From positions 94,838 to 158,837 of the forward strand of contig JANQPV010000037.1 of assembly GCA_028285305.1 (NCBI GenBank): 64,000 bases of DNA, written 5' to 3'. Both the position numbers and the translations under genes were made by a program. The notes beneath the pieces are model-generated. The model saw nothing but the letters and a program-made list of their open reading frames with translations. It was not told the DNA's origin and searched no databases. Positions 49,036 to 61,576 of the stretch are shown here, in pieces (the first letter of the stretch is position 1; every line of letters begins with the position of its first letter). Origin of the DNA: Alphaproteobacteria bacterium. Lineage in GTDB: Bacteria > Pseudomonadota > Alphaproteobacteria > SMXP01.

Positions 49036-52000
49036 GCGGACAGACATAAACAGCATACTAATCATCGGCGCCGGCCCCATTATCATAGGCCAAGCCTGCG
49101 AGTTCGATTATTCTGGAACACAAGCCTGCAAAGCGCTCAAAGACGAAGGCTTCCGCGTTATCCTGATCAATTCCAATCCGGCAACGATTATGACGGATCC
49201 GGAGATCGCCGATGCCACTTATGTCGAGCCGATTACGGCCGAGTTCGTCGAGAAAGTGATTGCTAGGGAACGGCCGGACGCCCTGTTGCCGACGATGGGG
49301 GGGCAAACAGCGCTGAATGTCTCTCTCGAACTTGCTCAGTCGGGCGCCCTCGACCGCTACGGCGTAGAGATGATTGGAGCAAGGTCAGAGGCCATTGCCA
49401 AAGCCGAAGATCGCCAATTGTTCCGTCAAGCCATGGATAAAATCGGCCTGGAAAGCCCAAAGTCCCAGATCGCACACACAATGATGGAGGCCGAACAGGC
49501 GCTGGAGCTTGTCGGCCTGCCTGCGATCATCCGGCCGTCGTTTACGTTGGGTGGCACCGGCGGCGGCATTGCTTACAACCGGGAAGAATTTACTGAGATC
49601 GTTGAGCGTGGTCTCGATGCCTCACCTGCAACAGAGGTCTTGATTGAAGAATCCGTGCTCGGATGGAAAGAGTACGAGATGGAAGTCGTACGCGACAAAG
49701 CGGACAATGCCATCATTATCTGCTCAATTGAAAACGTCGATCCCATGGGCGTTCACACCGGCGACTCGATTACCGTTGCTCCCGCTCTGACTCTAACGGA
49801 CAAAGAGTTCCAGATCATGCGGAGCGCATCTATTGCCGTTCTGCGGGAAATCGGCGTCGAAACCGGTGGGTCCAATGTTCAGTTTGCGGTTAACCCGAAA
49901 GATGGGCGGCTTGTCGTCATTGAGATGAATCCCCGCGTTTCCCGGTCTTCCGCTCTCGCCTCCAAAGCCACGGGATTTCCGATCGCAAAAGTGGCCGCAC
50001 GGTTGGCTGTTGGCTATACGCTGGATGAGTTGGACAACGATATTACAGGCGCGACACCCGCCTCCTTCGAGCCCACCATCGATTACGTTGTTACCAAAAT
50101 CCCGCGCTTCGCCTTCGAAAAATTTCCGGGTACGGATCCTCATTTGACTACATCTATGAAGTCCGTAGGCGAAGTGATGGCTATCGGAAGGACGTTCACG
50201 GAATCTCTCCAGAAAGCACTGCGAGGCCTTGATATCGGCCTCGACGGCTTGAACGAAGTCGAGCTTCCAGGCTTGGGCGGAGACGAGGACAGAAATGTCA
50301 TCCGCGCCGCTCTCTCCGCGCCAACGCCGGATCGACTTTTGAGAATTGCGCAGGCTCTGCGTGCCGGACTGAGTACAGAAGAAATTCACGCCGCTTGCAG
50401 CTACGAGCCTTGGTTCATAAGACAGATCAAGGACATTGTGGACGCCGAAGAGGAAATCAAACGCGCCGGACTTCCTCAAACAGACAAGGTATTGCGCAAG
50501 ATAAAGGCGATGGGCTTCTCCGATGAGCGTTTGGGAAGCCTGACCGGTACAAGTGCCGCCGAAGTGAGGGCCCTCCGCGAAACGCTCGGCGTCCATCCCA
50601 CGTACAAGCGCGTTGATACGTGTGCCGCCGAATTCGAGGCGCGCACACCCTATATGTACTCCTGCTACGAACCCCCATCGATCGGCGGAATACCTGACTG
50701 CGAGTCGGCGCCCACCGACACACGCAAGGTGGTCATCTTAGGCGGTGGGCCTAACCGTATCGGTCAAGGCATCGAGTTTGACTATTGTTGCTGCCACGCG
50801 GCCTTTGCAATGAAGGATGCGGGATTTGAGAGCATCATGGTCAATTGCAATCCCGAAACGGTGTCGACGGACTATGACACGGCGGACCGTCTCTATTTTG
50901 AGCCTTTGACCCTGGAAGATGTGATCGAAATCATCCGAGTGGAGCGCAAGAATGGAACCCTCGAAGGTGTGATCGTTCAGTTCGGCGGTCAAACCCCGCT
51001 CAATCTGGCGAATGGACTGGAGGACGCCGGCATTCCGATCCTGGGCACCAGCCCCGACTCGATCGATTTAGCCGAGGACCGGGAACGATTTAAGGCTCTG
51101 TTGTCAGAACATGGACTTCATCAACCACGAAATGAAATCGCCTATTCCGCACAAGAGGCACAAACGGCCGTCCAGGAAGTGGGCTATCCGGTTGTACTGC
51201 GGCCATCCTATGTTCTGGGAGGTCGTGCGATGGAAATCGTCCGTGACGATCAACAATTCACGCAATATGTCACCGACGCCGTCATTGTCTCGGGAGACAA
51301 TCCGGTCCTGGTCGACGCTTACCTACAAAATGCCATCGAGGTCGACGTCGACGCCATTTCGGACGGCAGCGATGTCTACGTCGCCGGCATAATGGAACAT
51401 ATTGAAGAAGCAGGAATTCATTCCGGCGATAGTGCGTGTTCCCTTCCCCCCCATTCGCTTTCTCCGTCCGCAATCAAACAGTTGGAGGAGCAAACACAGG
51501 TCTTGGCTCGTGCTCTGAATGTACGCGGTCTGCTGAACATTCAATTCGCCATTCAAGATGAGAAGATATTCGTTTTAGAGGTCAATCCGCGAGCAAGCCG
51601 TACTGTGCCCTTTGTCGCAAAGACAACCGGCATCCCAATCGCGAAAATCGCAGCGCGGATTATGGCGGGAGAAACGTTAAACTCGTTTGACCTTAATACC
51701 CCTCAATCGGACCACATAGCGGTCAAAGAAGCCGTATTCCCGTTCGCAAGATTTCCCGGTGTGGACACAATTTTGGGCCCCGAGATGCGCTCAACCGGTG
51801 AAGTTATGGGCATCGATTCGAACTTCGGCCGTGCCTACGCCAAGAGCCAAATTGCCTCTGGAACGATGGTACCGCCATCCGGCACCGTATTTTTGTCTGT
51901 AAAGGATCGTGACAAACCTCTTGTGCTGGATTTAGCGCGCTCTTTGTTGACACTTGGATTTAAGATCATCGCGACCGGTGGCACGCAAAAGTATCTTGCC

Positions 52001-52273
52001 GAGCATGGGGTGGAAACGAACCACGTAAACAAGGTGTTCGAAGGGCGTCCTGATATCGTGGACGAACTCAAAAACGATGCAGTGCAATTGGTCATCAACA
52101 CCACGGAAGGCGCTCAATCCCTTGCCGACTCATACACGATCCGAAGGACCGCATTGATGCTCAAAATCCCCTACTACACCACGGTTTCGGGTGCCTACGC
52201 CGCCCTTGAAGCCGTGAAATCGGGAACATCAGCGGCTCTTGAAGTTGCGCCTCTCCAATCTTACACTAGCTGA
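49028..52273 (+). CDS. carB: carbamoyl-phosphate synthase large subunit
   Basis: 1081 aa with duplicated ATP-grasp halves ([22 protein letters not shown]...) and a C-terminal MGS-like domain. Confidence 0.95.
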   Translation: MPKRTDINSILIIGAGPIIIGQACEFDYSGTQACKALKDEGFRVILINSNPATIMTDPEIADATYVEPITAEFVEKVIARERPDALLPTMGGQTALNVSLELAQSGALDRYGVEMIGARSEAIAKAEDRQLFRQAMDKIGLESPKSQIAHTMMEAEQALELVGLPAIIRPSFTLGGTGGGIAYNREEFTEIVERGLDASPATEVLIEESVLGWKEYEMEVVRDKADNAIIICSIENVDPMGVHTGDSITVAPALTLTDKEFQIMRSASIAVLREIGVETGGSNVQFAVNPKDGRLVVIEMNPRVSRSSALASKATGFPIAKVAARLAVGYTLDELDNDITGATPASFEPTIDYVVTKIPRFAFEKFPGTDPHLTTSMKSVGEVMAIGRTFTESLQKALRGLDIGLDGLNEVELPGLGGDEDRNVIRAALSAPTPDRLLRIAQALRAGLSTEEIHAACSYEPWFIRQIKDIVDAEEEIKRAGLPQTDKVLRKIKAMGFSDERLGSLTGTSAAEVRALRETLGVHPTYKRVDTCAAEFEARTPYMYSCYEPPSIGGIPDCESAPTDTRKVVILGGGPNRIGQGIEFDYCCCHAAFAMKDAGFESIMVNCNPETVSTDYDTADRLYFEPLTLEDVIEIIRVERKNGTLEGVIVQFGGQTPLNLANGLEDAGIPILGTSPDSIDLAEDRERFKALLSEHGLHQPRNEIAYSAQEAQTAVQEVGYPVVLRPSYVLGGRAMEIVRDDQQFTQYVTDAVIVSGDNPVLVDAYLQNAIEVDVDAISDGSDVYVAGIMEHIEEAGIHSGDSACSLPPHSLSPSAIKQLEEQTQVLARALNVRGLLNIQFAIQDEKIFVLEVNPRASRTVPFVAKTTGIPIAKIAARIMAGETLNSFDLNTPQSDHIAVKEAVFPFARFPGVDTILGPEMRSTGEVMGIDSNFGRAYAKSQIASGTMVPPSGTVFLSVKDRDKPLVLDLARSLLTLGFKIIATGGTQKYLAEHGVETNHVNKVFEGRPDIVDELKNDAVQLVINTTEGAQSLADSYTIRRTALMLKIPYYTTVSGAYAALEAVKSGTSAALEVAPLQSYTS

Positions 52274-52372
52274 GTCATCGCCCTTGGTTCGCCGCCCAAA
52301 GCAAGCCATCCACCCAAAGCCGGTGAATTTTCTCTAAGAGAACCAATACCTTAAGTTTGAAAGATCAATGTT

Positions 52373-52846
52373 ATGCAAAAGATTCCGATGACCGTTGAGG
52401 GCTACGAAAAAATAGATGCCGAAGTGAAGCATCTTAAAACGGTCGAGCGCCCAGAAGTCATAAAAGCGATTGCGGAAGCGCGTGAACATGGAGACCTGTC
52501 GGAAAACGCAGAGTACCATGCCGCCAAAGAGAAGCAGGGCTTCATAGAAGGACGAGTGCTAGAGTTGGAAGACATTCTCCAGCGCGCCGACGTTATCGAT
52601 CCTTCAAAGCTCTCTGGCGATACCGTCAAGTTTGGCGCGCGAGTAACATTGGTCGATGAAGACACCGATGAAGAACGCTGTTACCGGATCGTCGGCGACT
52701 TCGAGGCAGATGTAAAGCACGGAAAAGTCTCGATCTCTTCCCCAATATCTCGGGCCTTGATTGGAAAGTCCGTAGGCGACAGTGTTGAGGTGAACACACC
52801 AGGTGGAGGACGCTCCTACGAAATCATAAACATCGAGTACGTTTAG
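52373..52846 (+). CDS. greA: transcription elongation factor GreA
   Basis: [22 protein letters not shown]...[10 protein letters not shown]. 157 aa. Confidence 0.92.
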   Translation: MQKIPMTVEGYEKIDAEVKHLKTVERPEVIKAIAEAREHGDLSENAEYHAAKEKQGFIEGRVLELEDILQRADVIDPSKLSGDTVKFGARVTLVDEDTDEERCYRIVGDFEADVKHGKVSISSPISRALIGKSVGDSVEVNTPGGGRSYEIINIEYV

Positions 52847-52848
52847 GC

Positions 52849-53373
52849 ATGGCAACGCGGCAAGCGCACACGGCGTTGTGTTTGATCTTCGTCTTATTTT
52901 GTGCCGCTTGCGCGGGTGGGCGCGGGCAGGAACCTGCCCCGCTTTCACAAGCAGATATTAGATTCGTCGAGTTTGCAGTCGAAGTTGATCCGGCGGTCGG
53001 AACGGACTTAGACGAATCCGAACCAAAGAGATCAGAGTACCTCGCGTCAGCTCTCAAAAATGCACTCGAGGCCGAACTCTCAAGCCCGGAGTTTGCCGGT
53101 GAGAATGAAGTCCGTGTCGAAGCGAAAGTGACGGATCTACAGATGGAGGAATATCCCCTTCGACTGAGCGGCGAAGTCTCAGTGATCGATCTCCAGGACT
53201 CCTCGAACCTATCTGTCTACAGAGTGACTGCTCGCTATGGAGAAAAGGGGGTGTTCAAGAACGTTGCGCAGTCTATCGTTACAACTATGCTGCAAACGGA
53301 CACCGTCCGTAGACTGAGTGAGATCTTTGCAGCCGAAGTTAAGAACGCCGTCGCCCCGTCGACCGTCCCTTAG
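52849..53373 (+). CDS. hypothetical secreted/lipoprotein-like protein
   Basis: N-terminal signal sequence MATRQAHTALCLIFVLFCAACAG. I see no recognisable domain. It starts 3 nt after the greA stop. Confidence 0.45.
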   Translation: MATRQAHTALCLIFVLFCAACAGGRGQEPAPLSQADIRFVEFAVEVDPAVGTDLDESEPKRSEYLASALKNALEAELSSPEFAGENEVRVEAKVTDLQMEEYPLRLSGEVSVIDLQDSSNLSVYRVTARYGEKGVFKNVAQSIVTTMLQTDTVRRLSEIFAAEVKNAVAPSTVP

Positions 53374-53474
53374 AGCTGATATGTCCGGTTGCGATGATTC
53401 CAAAATCGGATTGAGAGTCTTGGAATCGCGTACATCGGGCGAATTAGTCCGTTTCCACTCCGCCTGGCTGCGCT

Positions 53475-53981
53475 TTAGGTTACGCCTTCCATAATCAGTG
53501 ACAACGGCACGCCTGCCCTGTCTTTCGACGTTCGAATTGTCAGCGAAGTCTTCACACTATCAACGTTCGGCGCAGAGGTGAGCTTCTCTGTCAAAAATGT
53601 TTGGAACGTTGAGAGATCCCGCGCCACGATCTTAAGAATAAAATCAATCTCACCGTTGAGCATGTGACATTCCCGCACTTCCGGCCAACCGGCCACGAGA
53701 ACCTCAAACGCTTTGAGATCTGCTTCCGCCTGACTGTTGAGCCCCACCATGGCAAAAACAGTCACTTCGAAGCCAAGCTGGCGGGCATCCAAATCAGCAT
53801 GATACCCTCTTATGATGCCATCTTCTTCCAAAGACCGAACACGGCGCAGACACGGGGGCGCGGAAATACCGACCTTTTGAGACAGATCAATATTTGTGAT
53901 GCGACCATCTTCTTGAAGATGCTTCAAAATCTTCAAGTTCGTGTCATCTATTTTGGCCTTTTGCATTGGGTCGGTTCCCAT
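53475..53981 (-). CDS. Lrp/AsnC family transcriptional regulator
   Basis: HTH (LKILKHLQEDGRITNIDLSQKVGIS) plus a RAM domain. 168 aa. Confidence 0.88.
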   Translation of the reverse strand: MGTDPMQKAKIDDTNLKILKHLQEDGRITNIDLSQKVGISAPPCLRRVRSLEEDGIIRGYHADLDARQLGFEVTVFAMVGLNSQAEADLKAFEVLVAGWPEVRECHMLNGEIDFILKIVARDLSTFQTFLTEKLTSAPNVDSVKTSLTIRTSKDRAGVPLSLIMEGVT

Positions 53982-54053
53982 GGCTGAGCGCGAACTTTAG
54001 TATAGGAAATCCTGCGCGGGTTGCGCAACAATATTACCAAATCAAGTAAGTTT

Positions 54054-55070
54054 ATGACCGAAACGCCACTTCAAACGTTCTGCCCTCGCCCATCGGCCAC
54101 TGGTCAGGACATGTGCTGGGTTATCAGCGATGGACGCCGAGGCATAGAAAACCAGGCGCTCGGTCTCGCCGAGGCCATCGGGCTTCCCTTTGAAATCAAA
54201 CGGGTGCGGCCGAGTTGGCTTTGGCGGATCGCCCCGGCCGAGGCATATCCCCTGCTCAACACACTATGCTTCTCTCAGCCCCTGTTTGCATCTCGGGCAG
54301 ACATGTTTCGACCGCCGTGGCCGCGACTTCTGATCGCAACTGGGCGGTTGAGTTTGCCCTATTCGATCGCAGTCAAAAGGCTTAGCCGCGGCCGAACATT
54401 CACTGTTCAAACGCAAGATCCCCGAGTCTCACCCAAACACTTTAGTCTCGTCGTTCCTCCATACCACGATGGATTGCATGCGGATAATGTCGTCGCGATC
54501 GTTGGAGCGCCGAATCGAGTTCGTCTGCATGCTTTACGCGATGAATCCATCTCGATGTCCCGCCGTTTGGCGCACCTTCCACGGCCCCTTGTCGCCGTCC
54601 TGATCGGCGGATCCAGCAAAGCCCACAAGATGTCAAAAAAGTGGATGAAACGATTTGCGGAGTCCCTGGGTGAGCTTGCCCGACTCAACAAAGTGGGACT
54701 GGCAATCACTCCTTCTCGCCGGACCGGTGAAGAGAATATCTCCATCTTACGGCAAACATTATCAGCAGACGGCGCTTATATCTGGGATGGAGAAGGGAAC
54801 AACCCCTATTTTGGAATGCTCGGATTGGCCGACTATATTGTCGTAACATCAGACTCCACGAACATGGCAACAGATGCAGCCGCAACCGGAAAACCTCTTT
54901 ATGTGGCGCATGTGCCCGGTGGGTCGAGAAAGTTCAGGGCCTTCCATGAAGATTTGACCGCCCGAGGAATCGCGCGTCCGTTCACCGGAGAACTCCAATA
55001 CTGGTCCTACCCGCCCCTAAATGAAACCCAGCGTGTAGCAAATCTTATTCGAGAGAGACTGAACCTATAA
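54054..55070 (+). CDS. ELM1 / DUF1022 family protein (mitochondrial-fission ELM1-like predicted nucleotide-sugar transferase)
   Basis: The conserved N-terminal block CWVISDGRRGIENQALGLAEAIG is typical of the bacterial ELM1 family. The start is uncertain: the track gives TTG 54021, and there are ATGs at 54054 and 54111. Confidence 0.6.
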   Translation: MTETPLQTFCPRPSATGQDMCWVISDGRRGIENQALGLAEAIGLPFEIKRVRPSWLWRIAPAEAYPLLNTLCFSQPLFASRADMFRPPWPRLLIATGRLSLPYSIAVKRLSRGRTFTVQTQDPRVSPKHFSLVVPPYHDGLHADNVVAIVGAPNRVRLHALRDESISMSRRLAHLPRPLVAVLIGGSSKAHKMSKKWMKRFAESLGELARLNKVGLAITPSRRTGEENISILRQTLSADGAYIWDGEGNNPYFGMLGLADYIVVTSDSTNMATDAAATGKPLYVAHVPGGSRKFRAFHEDLTARGIARPFTGELQYWSYPPLNETQRVANLIRERLNL

Positions 55071-55219
55071 GAATCAACCGTTTCCCTTCGAGTTTGCACT
55101 CAACTCGCTGTGATTTCACAGCTTCGCCTCTCACAGCGGCTTTGACAGAGCAATTTTGAAGCTTATATGAATCCGAAGGGTCGGCCGCCGAAATTGGAAG
55201 CTTTCTTAGGAGAACGGGG

Positions 55220-56185
55220 ATGTCAGAGGCCATACACAGCAAAGTACTGATTTTGGGTTCCGGGCCGGCCGGGTACACTGCCGCCATTTACGCCGCACGT
55301 GCCATGCTCGAACCGACATTGGTTCATGGCCTGCAGCCCGGCGGACAACTTACGATCACCACGGACGTTGAAAATTATCCCGGGTTTGCGGACGTGATTC
55401 AAGGCCCCTGGCTTATGGAGCAAATGCAAAAGCAAGCAGAGGCCGTTGGCACACGAATGATTTCGGATATTGTTACCAGCGTAGATTTCAAGGCCGCGCC
55501 GTTTTCTCTTGTCGGAGATTCGGGTCAAATCTACACGGCGGACTCTGTGATCATCGCGACAGGCGCTCAGGCTAAGTGGCTTGGCCTTCCCTCCGAAGAA
55601 AAATTTCAAGGGTTCGGTGTCTCCGCTTGCGCAACCTGCGACGGCTTCTTTTACAGAGGAAAAGGGGTCGTGGTCGTGGGAGGCGGAAATACGGCTGTTG
55701 AAGAAGCCTTGTTTCTCACGAACTTTGCTAGCAAAGTGACCTTGGTACATCGCCGAAACAGCCTTCGCGCGGAGAAGATCCTCCAGCAACGCCTTTTTGC
55801 CCACGAAAAAATTGAGATTGAATGGGACACGGTGTTAGAAGAGGTCATCGGAGACAGCGATCCCCTCGGTGTAACTGGCGTTCGGCTACAGAACGTGGCG
55901 ACGGGCGGTACCAAAGATCTATCTGCGGACGGTGTTTTTATTGCGATCGGTCACGCACCAACCACCGAGTTATTCAAAGGTCAGGTCGACATGAATGATC
56001 GGGGATACATTGACACGGTTCCCGACTCGACGGCAACGAGCATTCCAGGCGTCTATGCTGCAGGCGATGTAACCGACGAAGTGTACCGCCAGGCGGTAAC
56101 TGCCGCCGGAATGGGCTGCATGGCCGCCCTCGAAGCGGAAAAGTACTTGGCTGAAAAGTCCTCCTTAAGCGCCGCGGCAGAATAA
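55220..56185 (+). CDS. trxB: thioredoxin-disulfide reductase
   Basis: VLILGSGPAGYTAAIYAAR, redox-active CATCDG, NADPH motif VVGGGNTAVEEA. An AGGAGAA RBS lies upstream. Confidence 0.93.
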   Translation: MSEAIHSKVLILGSGPAGYTAAIYAARAMLEPTLVHGLQPGGQLTITTDVENYPGFADVIQGPWLMEQMQKQAEAVGTRMISDIVTSVDFKAAPFSLVGDSGQIYTADSVIIATGAQAKWLGLPSEEKFQGFGVSACATCDGFFYRGKGVVVVGGGNTAVEEALFLTNFASKVTLVHRRNSLRAEKILQQRLFAHEKIEIEWDTVLEEVIGDSDPLGVTGVRLQNVATGGTKDLSADGVFIAIGHAPTTELFKGQVDMNDRGYIDTVPDSTATSIPGVYAAGDVTDEVYRQAVTAAGMGCMAALEAEKYLAEKSSLSAAAE

Positions 56186-56212
56186 CTTTCACACGAGACA
56201 GAAATAGAATTT

Positions 56213-57106
56213 ATGGATTGGGATAAGATTCGAATTTTTCATGCTGTGGCTGAGGCCGGCAGCTTTACCCGAGCCGGCGACGTATTGGGCCTCAGCCAAT
56301 CGGCAATCTCAAGGCAAATCAGTTCGCTCGAAGAGGATTTGACGACAACGCTTTTCCATCGGCACGCGCGCGGGCTATTGCTAACCGAACAGGGCGAAGT
56401 GCTGTTTCGAACAGCCCATGACGTCGTGGGCAAGCTCGCCATTACAGAGGCTTTGATCTCAGAGAGTCACAATCGTCCTGAGGGCGAGCTCAAAGTCACA
56501 GCACCCGTTGGTCTGGGCTCGACATGGCTAACGCCGAGGATGAAAGAGTTCACCGAGCTCTATCCCGACATGCAGGTGCAATTGCTGCTCGATGACCGAG
56601 CGCTGGATCTTGGCATGCGGGAAGCCGACTTGGCCTTGCGGCTCAGTCCACCCACACAGGCGGACCTTGTTCAGCGCAGGCTATTAACCGTACACCACCA
56701 TATTTTTGCTTCACCGTCCTATCTTCAAAGGAATGGTGTTCCTCAGACACCTGAGGACCTAGACAATCACAAGGTGGTCAGCTACGGACAGCGCATTGGA
56801 CTGCCGACACCCAATCCGGTCAATTGGATTGAGTATCTGGGTCGTCCGGAAAACAATCCGAGGCCAGCGGTTCTCACCGTCAACAACATTTACGGCGTGC
56901 TGCAGGCGGTAGAAAGCGGCTTGGGGATCGGCGCTCTGCCTGATTACTTGGTTCAGCAGAACTCAAAAGTCGTTCCCATCCTGCCCGAAACCGAAGGGCC
57001 CACATACGATGTCTACTTCGTATATCCCGAAGAGATGAGAAACTCCAAAAGGATCGGCGTGTTCAGGGACTTCTTGCTGCGCAAGATCGCGGAATGGACT
57101 TTTTAG
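56213..57106 (+). CDS. LysR family transcriptional regulator
   Basis: N-terminal wHTH (IRIFHAVAEAGSFTRAGDVLGLSQSAISRQISSLEEDL) plus a LysR substrate-binding domain. Confidence 0.88.
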   Translation: MDWDKIRIFHAVAEAGSFTRAGDVLGLSQSAISRQISSLEEDLTTTLFHRHARGLLLTEQGEVLFRTAHDVVGKLAITEALISESHNRPEGELKVTAPVGLGSTWLTPRMKEFTELYPDMQVQLLLDDRALDLGMREADLALRLSPPTQADLVQRRLLTVHHHIFASPSYLQRNGVPQTPEDLDNHKVVSYGQRIGLPTPNPVNWIEYLGRPENNPRPAVLTVNNIYGVLQAVESGLGIGALPDYLVQQNSKVVPILPETEGPTYDVYFVYPEEMRNSKRIGVFRDFLLRKIAEWTF

Positions 57107-57116
57107 TGGCAATGAT

Positions 57117-57785
57117 CTAGCCGAAAAGCTGCGATAGTTCGTTGCGCAATTCGGTCATTGAACGGACGAGCTGACCTCCAGCGCGAGCTAGCGCATCTGT
57201 GCGCGCCAGAGGATCTCCTGCATAGGCAAAAACCTGCATCCGAGCGGCCCGTGCAGCTGTCACGCCCGGGACACTGTCTTCCACCACGATACTTCGCGCG
57301 GGCGGCGTGCCCATGTGCCTTGCTGCGAACTCAAAGAGATCAGGAAACGGTTTGCCGCGCGTCACTTGAGACGCGCTGAATATGTTGTCTCCGAAGTGGC
57401 GCTTTAGGCCGGTCTTCCCCAGCGTGAGGTGCATCTTTTCGTGCGTACCCGAGGACGCAACACAAATCCCAATTCCTTTGGCGAGAGCAAAATCGATGAC
57501 CTGCTCTACACCGGCGACGGGCTCAAGGGATTGGCGAAATCGCTCCCACGTTTCCTCTTGAAGTGTGTTCAACCAATCGTCCGGCAGCGGTCCGCCCAGC
57601 TTACCTTCGATCTTTTCCATCACCGACCCCATGGACAGACCAACATAGTCCCGGCACGACTCTTCATACGTCGTGGGCAATCCGGCCGCCGTGATCGCTT
57701 CGGCCAAGACCCGATTGGCGATGGGCTCGCTGTCGACGAGCACCCCGTCGCAGTCAAAGATGATGAGTTCAGGACGATCAGGCAA
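57117..57785 (-). CDS. HAD family hydrolase (beta-phosphoglucomutase-like phosphatase)
   Basis: Motif I IIFDCDGVLVDSE, then the remaining HAD motifs. 222 aa. Confidence 0.85.
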   Translation of the reverse strand: MPDRPELIIFDCDGVLVDSEPIANRVLAEAITAAGLPTTYEESCRDYVGLSMGSVMEKIEGKLGGPLPDDWLNTLQEETWERFRQSLEPVAGVEQVIDFALAKGIGICVASSGTHEKMHLTLGKTGLKRHFGDNIFSASQVTRGKPFPDLFEFAARHMGTPPARSIVVEDSVPGVTAARAARMQVFAYAGDPLARTDALARAGGQLVRSMTELRNELSQLFG

Positions 57786-57791
57786 TCGGAC

Positions 57792-58754
57792 CTACATATA
57801 GAGCGGTTCTTTTTCGAGCCCTTTATACAGGTGTGCCACTTGTTCTGCATAGCCATTATAGAGAAGCGTGGGGATGCGTTCATCGCTACCGAGCAACTTC
57901 TCTGTTGCTTGCGACCAGCGGCGATGAGGAACCGCGGGATTCACATTGGCCCAAAACCCATATTCTCGTGGACCCGTTGCTTGCCAAAAAGACCTCGGCC
58001 GCTGGGACGTAAACTCGAACTTGACGATCGATTTGATCGACTTAAAGCCATACTTCCAGGGTACCGCCAGGCGAAGAGGAGCACCCATTTGCTTAGGTAG
58101 TGGCTTGCCGTAAACGCCGGTTACAAGAAAAGCCATCTCGTTGGTGGCTTCCTCGATTGTAAGCCCCTCAACGTAAGGCCAAGGATACCAGCCAGCCTTC
58201 TGGCCCACCGCCATTTCGGGATCATGGAATGTCTCCATGCGGAGATACTTCGCACCCGAGAGCGGGGCGGCCATGTCAACAAGGGCCTTCAAGGGGAATC
58301 CCGTCCACGGAACGGCCATCGACCACGTTTCCACGCATCGATGACGATAGAGCCGTTCTTCCAAGTCCACGCGTTTGAGCAGATCATCAAAACTAAGCGT
58401 CTGAGGGATTTCGACGTCACCCGTAATTTGAATGTCCCAGGGGCTGACGACCAAGTCTTGCGCCCGCTTGTGGATGTTCTTTTGCGAACCGAATTCAAAG
58501 AAATTGTTGTACGTGGTTGCGAGCGCCTCAGCCGTCAAAGGCCGGTCCAAGGTGTAGGCCGGATTGCGTTCGGCCGGATAAAGGCCGCTGCCTAGAATGC
58601 TCTCTTGCGCAAGAGCTCCGCCACTCCATCCGCCCGCGAGCAAGACGCCACCCATTCCGGCCGCCTGCAAGACTCTCCGGCGGTTCCAAAAAACCGATTC
58701 TTCGGTCGCGGCGCTTTCGGGCAGTTCCCAACTTCTTCTGTGCCTAATCAGCAT
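57792..58754 (-). CDS. msrP: protein-methionine-sulfoxide reductase catalytic subunit MsrP (YedY-like molybdopterin oxidoreductase)
   Basis: Tat-type signal (RRRVLQAAGMGGVLLAGG) and YedY-family sequence throughout. The start is Met8 (58754) or the track start 58775. Confidence 0.85.
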   Translation of the reverse strand: MLIRHRRSWELPESAATEESVFWNRRRVLQAAGMGGVLLAGGWSGGALAQESILGSGLYPAERNPAYTLDRPLTAEALATTYNNFFEFGSQKNIHKRAQDLVVSPWDIQITGDVEIPQTLSFDDLLKRVDLEERLYRHRCVETWSMAVPWTGFPLKALVDMAAPLSGAKYLRMETFHDPEMAVGQKAGWYPWPYVEGLTIEEATNEMAFLVTGVYGKPLPKQMGAPLRLAVPWKYGFKSIKSIVKFEFTSQRPRSFWQATGPREYGFWANVNPAVPHRRWSQATEKLLGSDERIPTLLYNGYAEQVAHLYKGLEKEPLYM

Positions 58755-58853
58755 AAACAATCTCCATCCGAACACTGCTTATATACAGCGGTCGGAGGCG
58801 AATGAAAAATAACGATGGGTCACACTCGCGTTAAGTTAACGCCAACAAAAGAC

Positions 58854-59321
58854 TTAAGAAATAAGGCTGCGAAGCATCCAGGCCGTCTTTTCGCTCGCTT
58901 GCATACGCTGGGTGAGCAGGTCGGCCGTGGGCTCGTCGTTGGCCTCTTCAGCGAGGGGAAAGACGCTGCGGGCGGTCCGCGTCACCGCTTCATGTGCCTT
59001 TACCAGATTGGCAATCATCTCTTCTGCTTTAGGAACGCCATCTTCCTCTTCGATCGAGCTGAGCTGGGAATACGCCTTGTAGCTGCCTGGAGCAGCAACG
59101 CCCAAAGCTCTGATCCGCTCTGCGATCTCATCCACAGCAAGGGCCAGCTCATTGTATTCCTGCTCAAACATGAGATGGAGCGTGTTGAAGAGAGGTCCCG
59201 TCACATTCCAATGATAGTTATGGGTCTTCAGATAAAGAGTGTAGGTATCGGCCAATAGCCGTGAGAGCCCCTCTGCAATCTTCTCGCGCTGCTCCTGAGG
59301 GATGCCAATATCGATGTCCAT
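58854..59321 (-). CDS. dps: Dps family DNA-protection/ferritin-like protein
   Basis: [27 protein letters not shown] is a Dps ferroxidase-site signature. 155 aa. Confidence 0.9.
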   Translation of the reverse strand: MDIDIGIPQEQREKIAEGLSRLLADTYTLYLKTHNYHWNVTGPLFNTLHLMFEQEYNELALAVDEIAERIRALGVAAPGSYKAYSQLSSIEEEDGVPKAEEMIANLVKAHEAVTRTARSVFPLAEEANDEPTADLLTQRMQASEKTAWMLRSLIS

Positions 59322-59385
59322 AACGATTTCTCCGTGTAAGACTCTTCTTAGGCGTATTTAATACACCCCTGTCACAATATCAACA

Positions 59386-59408
59386 TTTTTTAGAATGATT
59401 CTAAAAAA
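59386..59408. promoter_or_regulatory. perfect 23-bp palindrome TTTTTTAGAAT-G-ATTCTAAAAAA containing an exact Irr-box / iron control element (TTTAGAA-N3-TTCTAAA) upstream of dps
   Basis: I read the palindrome directly from the sequence. Its core matches the alphaproteobacterial ICE motif bound by the Irr regulator. It lies about 65-87 bp upstream of the dps ATG. Confidence 0.55.
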
Positions 59409-59430
59409 GACAGAGCCGTCCCGACGCCCT

Positions 59431-60657
<1,227 letters not shown>

Positions 60658-60776
60658 TCATTTGCACGTTGAGATGAGTGCATACCAAAAGACGATATAG
60701 GTGGTAAGACCTTATCTTTTAGAGGGAATTGAAAAAATCGGGGGTCAGTCGCTGCCCCACAAGGAAGGAAGGGCAA

Positions 60777-61133
60777 ATGGCCGGAAATGCGTTTAAGACT
60801 ATAGAGAAATTCTGGCAGGTTCAGAACTCAAGGGACTACACCCAATTGATTGATCTTTTTGCGGATGATGCGATTCTCGAAGATCCCATTTACGGCCGCT
60901 ATGAGGGAAAAAAAGCAATCGGCGAGTTCATGACATTGATGGTCGAAGAGATGAGCAAGATCGACACCTACTTCGAAGTCGAAGAGATCGCCGGAGATGA
61001 AACCGTCGCTTGGGCCCAATGGGTCGCCGTTTCCCCGCAAGGCCGCCGAAAAGGGTGCGGTCTCTATAAGACGTCCAACGGCAAACTGACCTACTATCGC
61101 GATTATTTTGATCCAGAACAAAAGACGGAATAG
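60777..61133 (+). CDS. nuclear transport factor 2 (SnoaL-like) family protein
   Basis: About 118-aa NTF2-like fold sequence (FWQVQNSRDYTQLIDLFADDAILEDPIYGRYEGKKAI). The start is at Met17 of the listed ORF. Confidence 0.6.
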   Translation: MAGNAFKTIEKFWQVQNSRDYTQLIDLFADDAILEDPIYGRYEGKKAIGEFMTLMVEEMSKIDTYFEVEEIAGDETVAWAQWVAVSPQGRRKGCGLYKTSNGKLTYYRDYFDPEQKTE

Positions 61134-61231
61134 GACCCAATTCGGCGAACCTGCTCACTTCACCTATTCCCTATGCACCCAGATAGTTTCCACACTTGAC
61201 AACTATTATCTCAATATGAAATCATAGGAGT

Positions 61232-61576
61232 ATGAACGCTCCTTTAACCCAGCTCGACGAAACACTGTCCGCTCTGGCCGACCCGGCCCGGCGGCGGGTG
61301 ATCGAGGCCCTCACCCACGGCCCAAAACGAGCCAGCGAGCTCGCAGAAACTGTTTCTGTCAGCCGGCCATCCATGTCCAAGCATCTCCGGACGTTGCTCG
61401 ACTCCGGCCTCATCGCAGAGATCCCCACAGAGGGCGATCGCCGCGCGAGAATCTATCGGCTTCAGCGCGAACCTTTCGCTGCGCTGCAGATATGGCTAGG
61501 GGAAGTAGAAGAGTTTTGGACCGACCAGCTCGCATCCTTCAAGGAACACATTGAAAGCAGGGACACCAGCGAGTGA
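61232..61576 (+). CDS. ArsR/SmtB family transcriptional regulator
   Basis: LADPARRRVIEALTHGPKRASELAETVSVSRPSMSKHLRTLLDSGLI is a wHTH metalloregulator signature. Confidence 0.88.
   Translation: MNAPLTQLDETLSALADPARRRVIEALTHGPKRASELAETVSVSRPSMSKHLRTLLDSGLIAEIPTEGDRRARIYRLQREPFAALQIWLGEVEEFWTDQLASFKEHIESRDTSE

Noticed and set aside
49793-50596. 267-aa minus-strand ORF
   Set aside because: It is antisense within carB, whose frame is unambiguous over 1081 aa.
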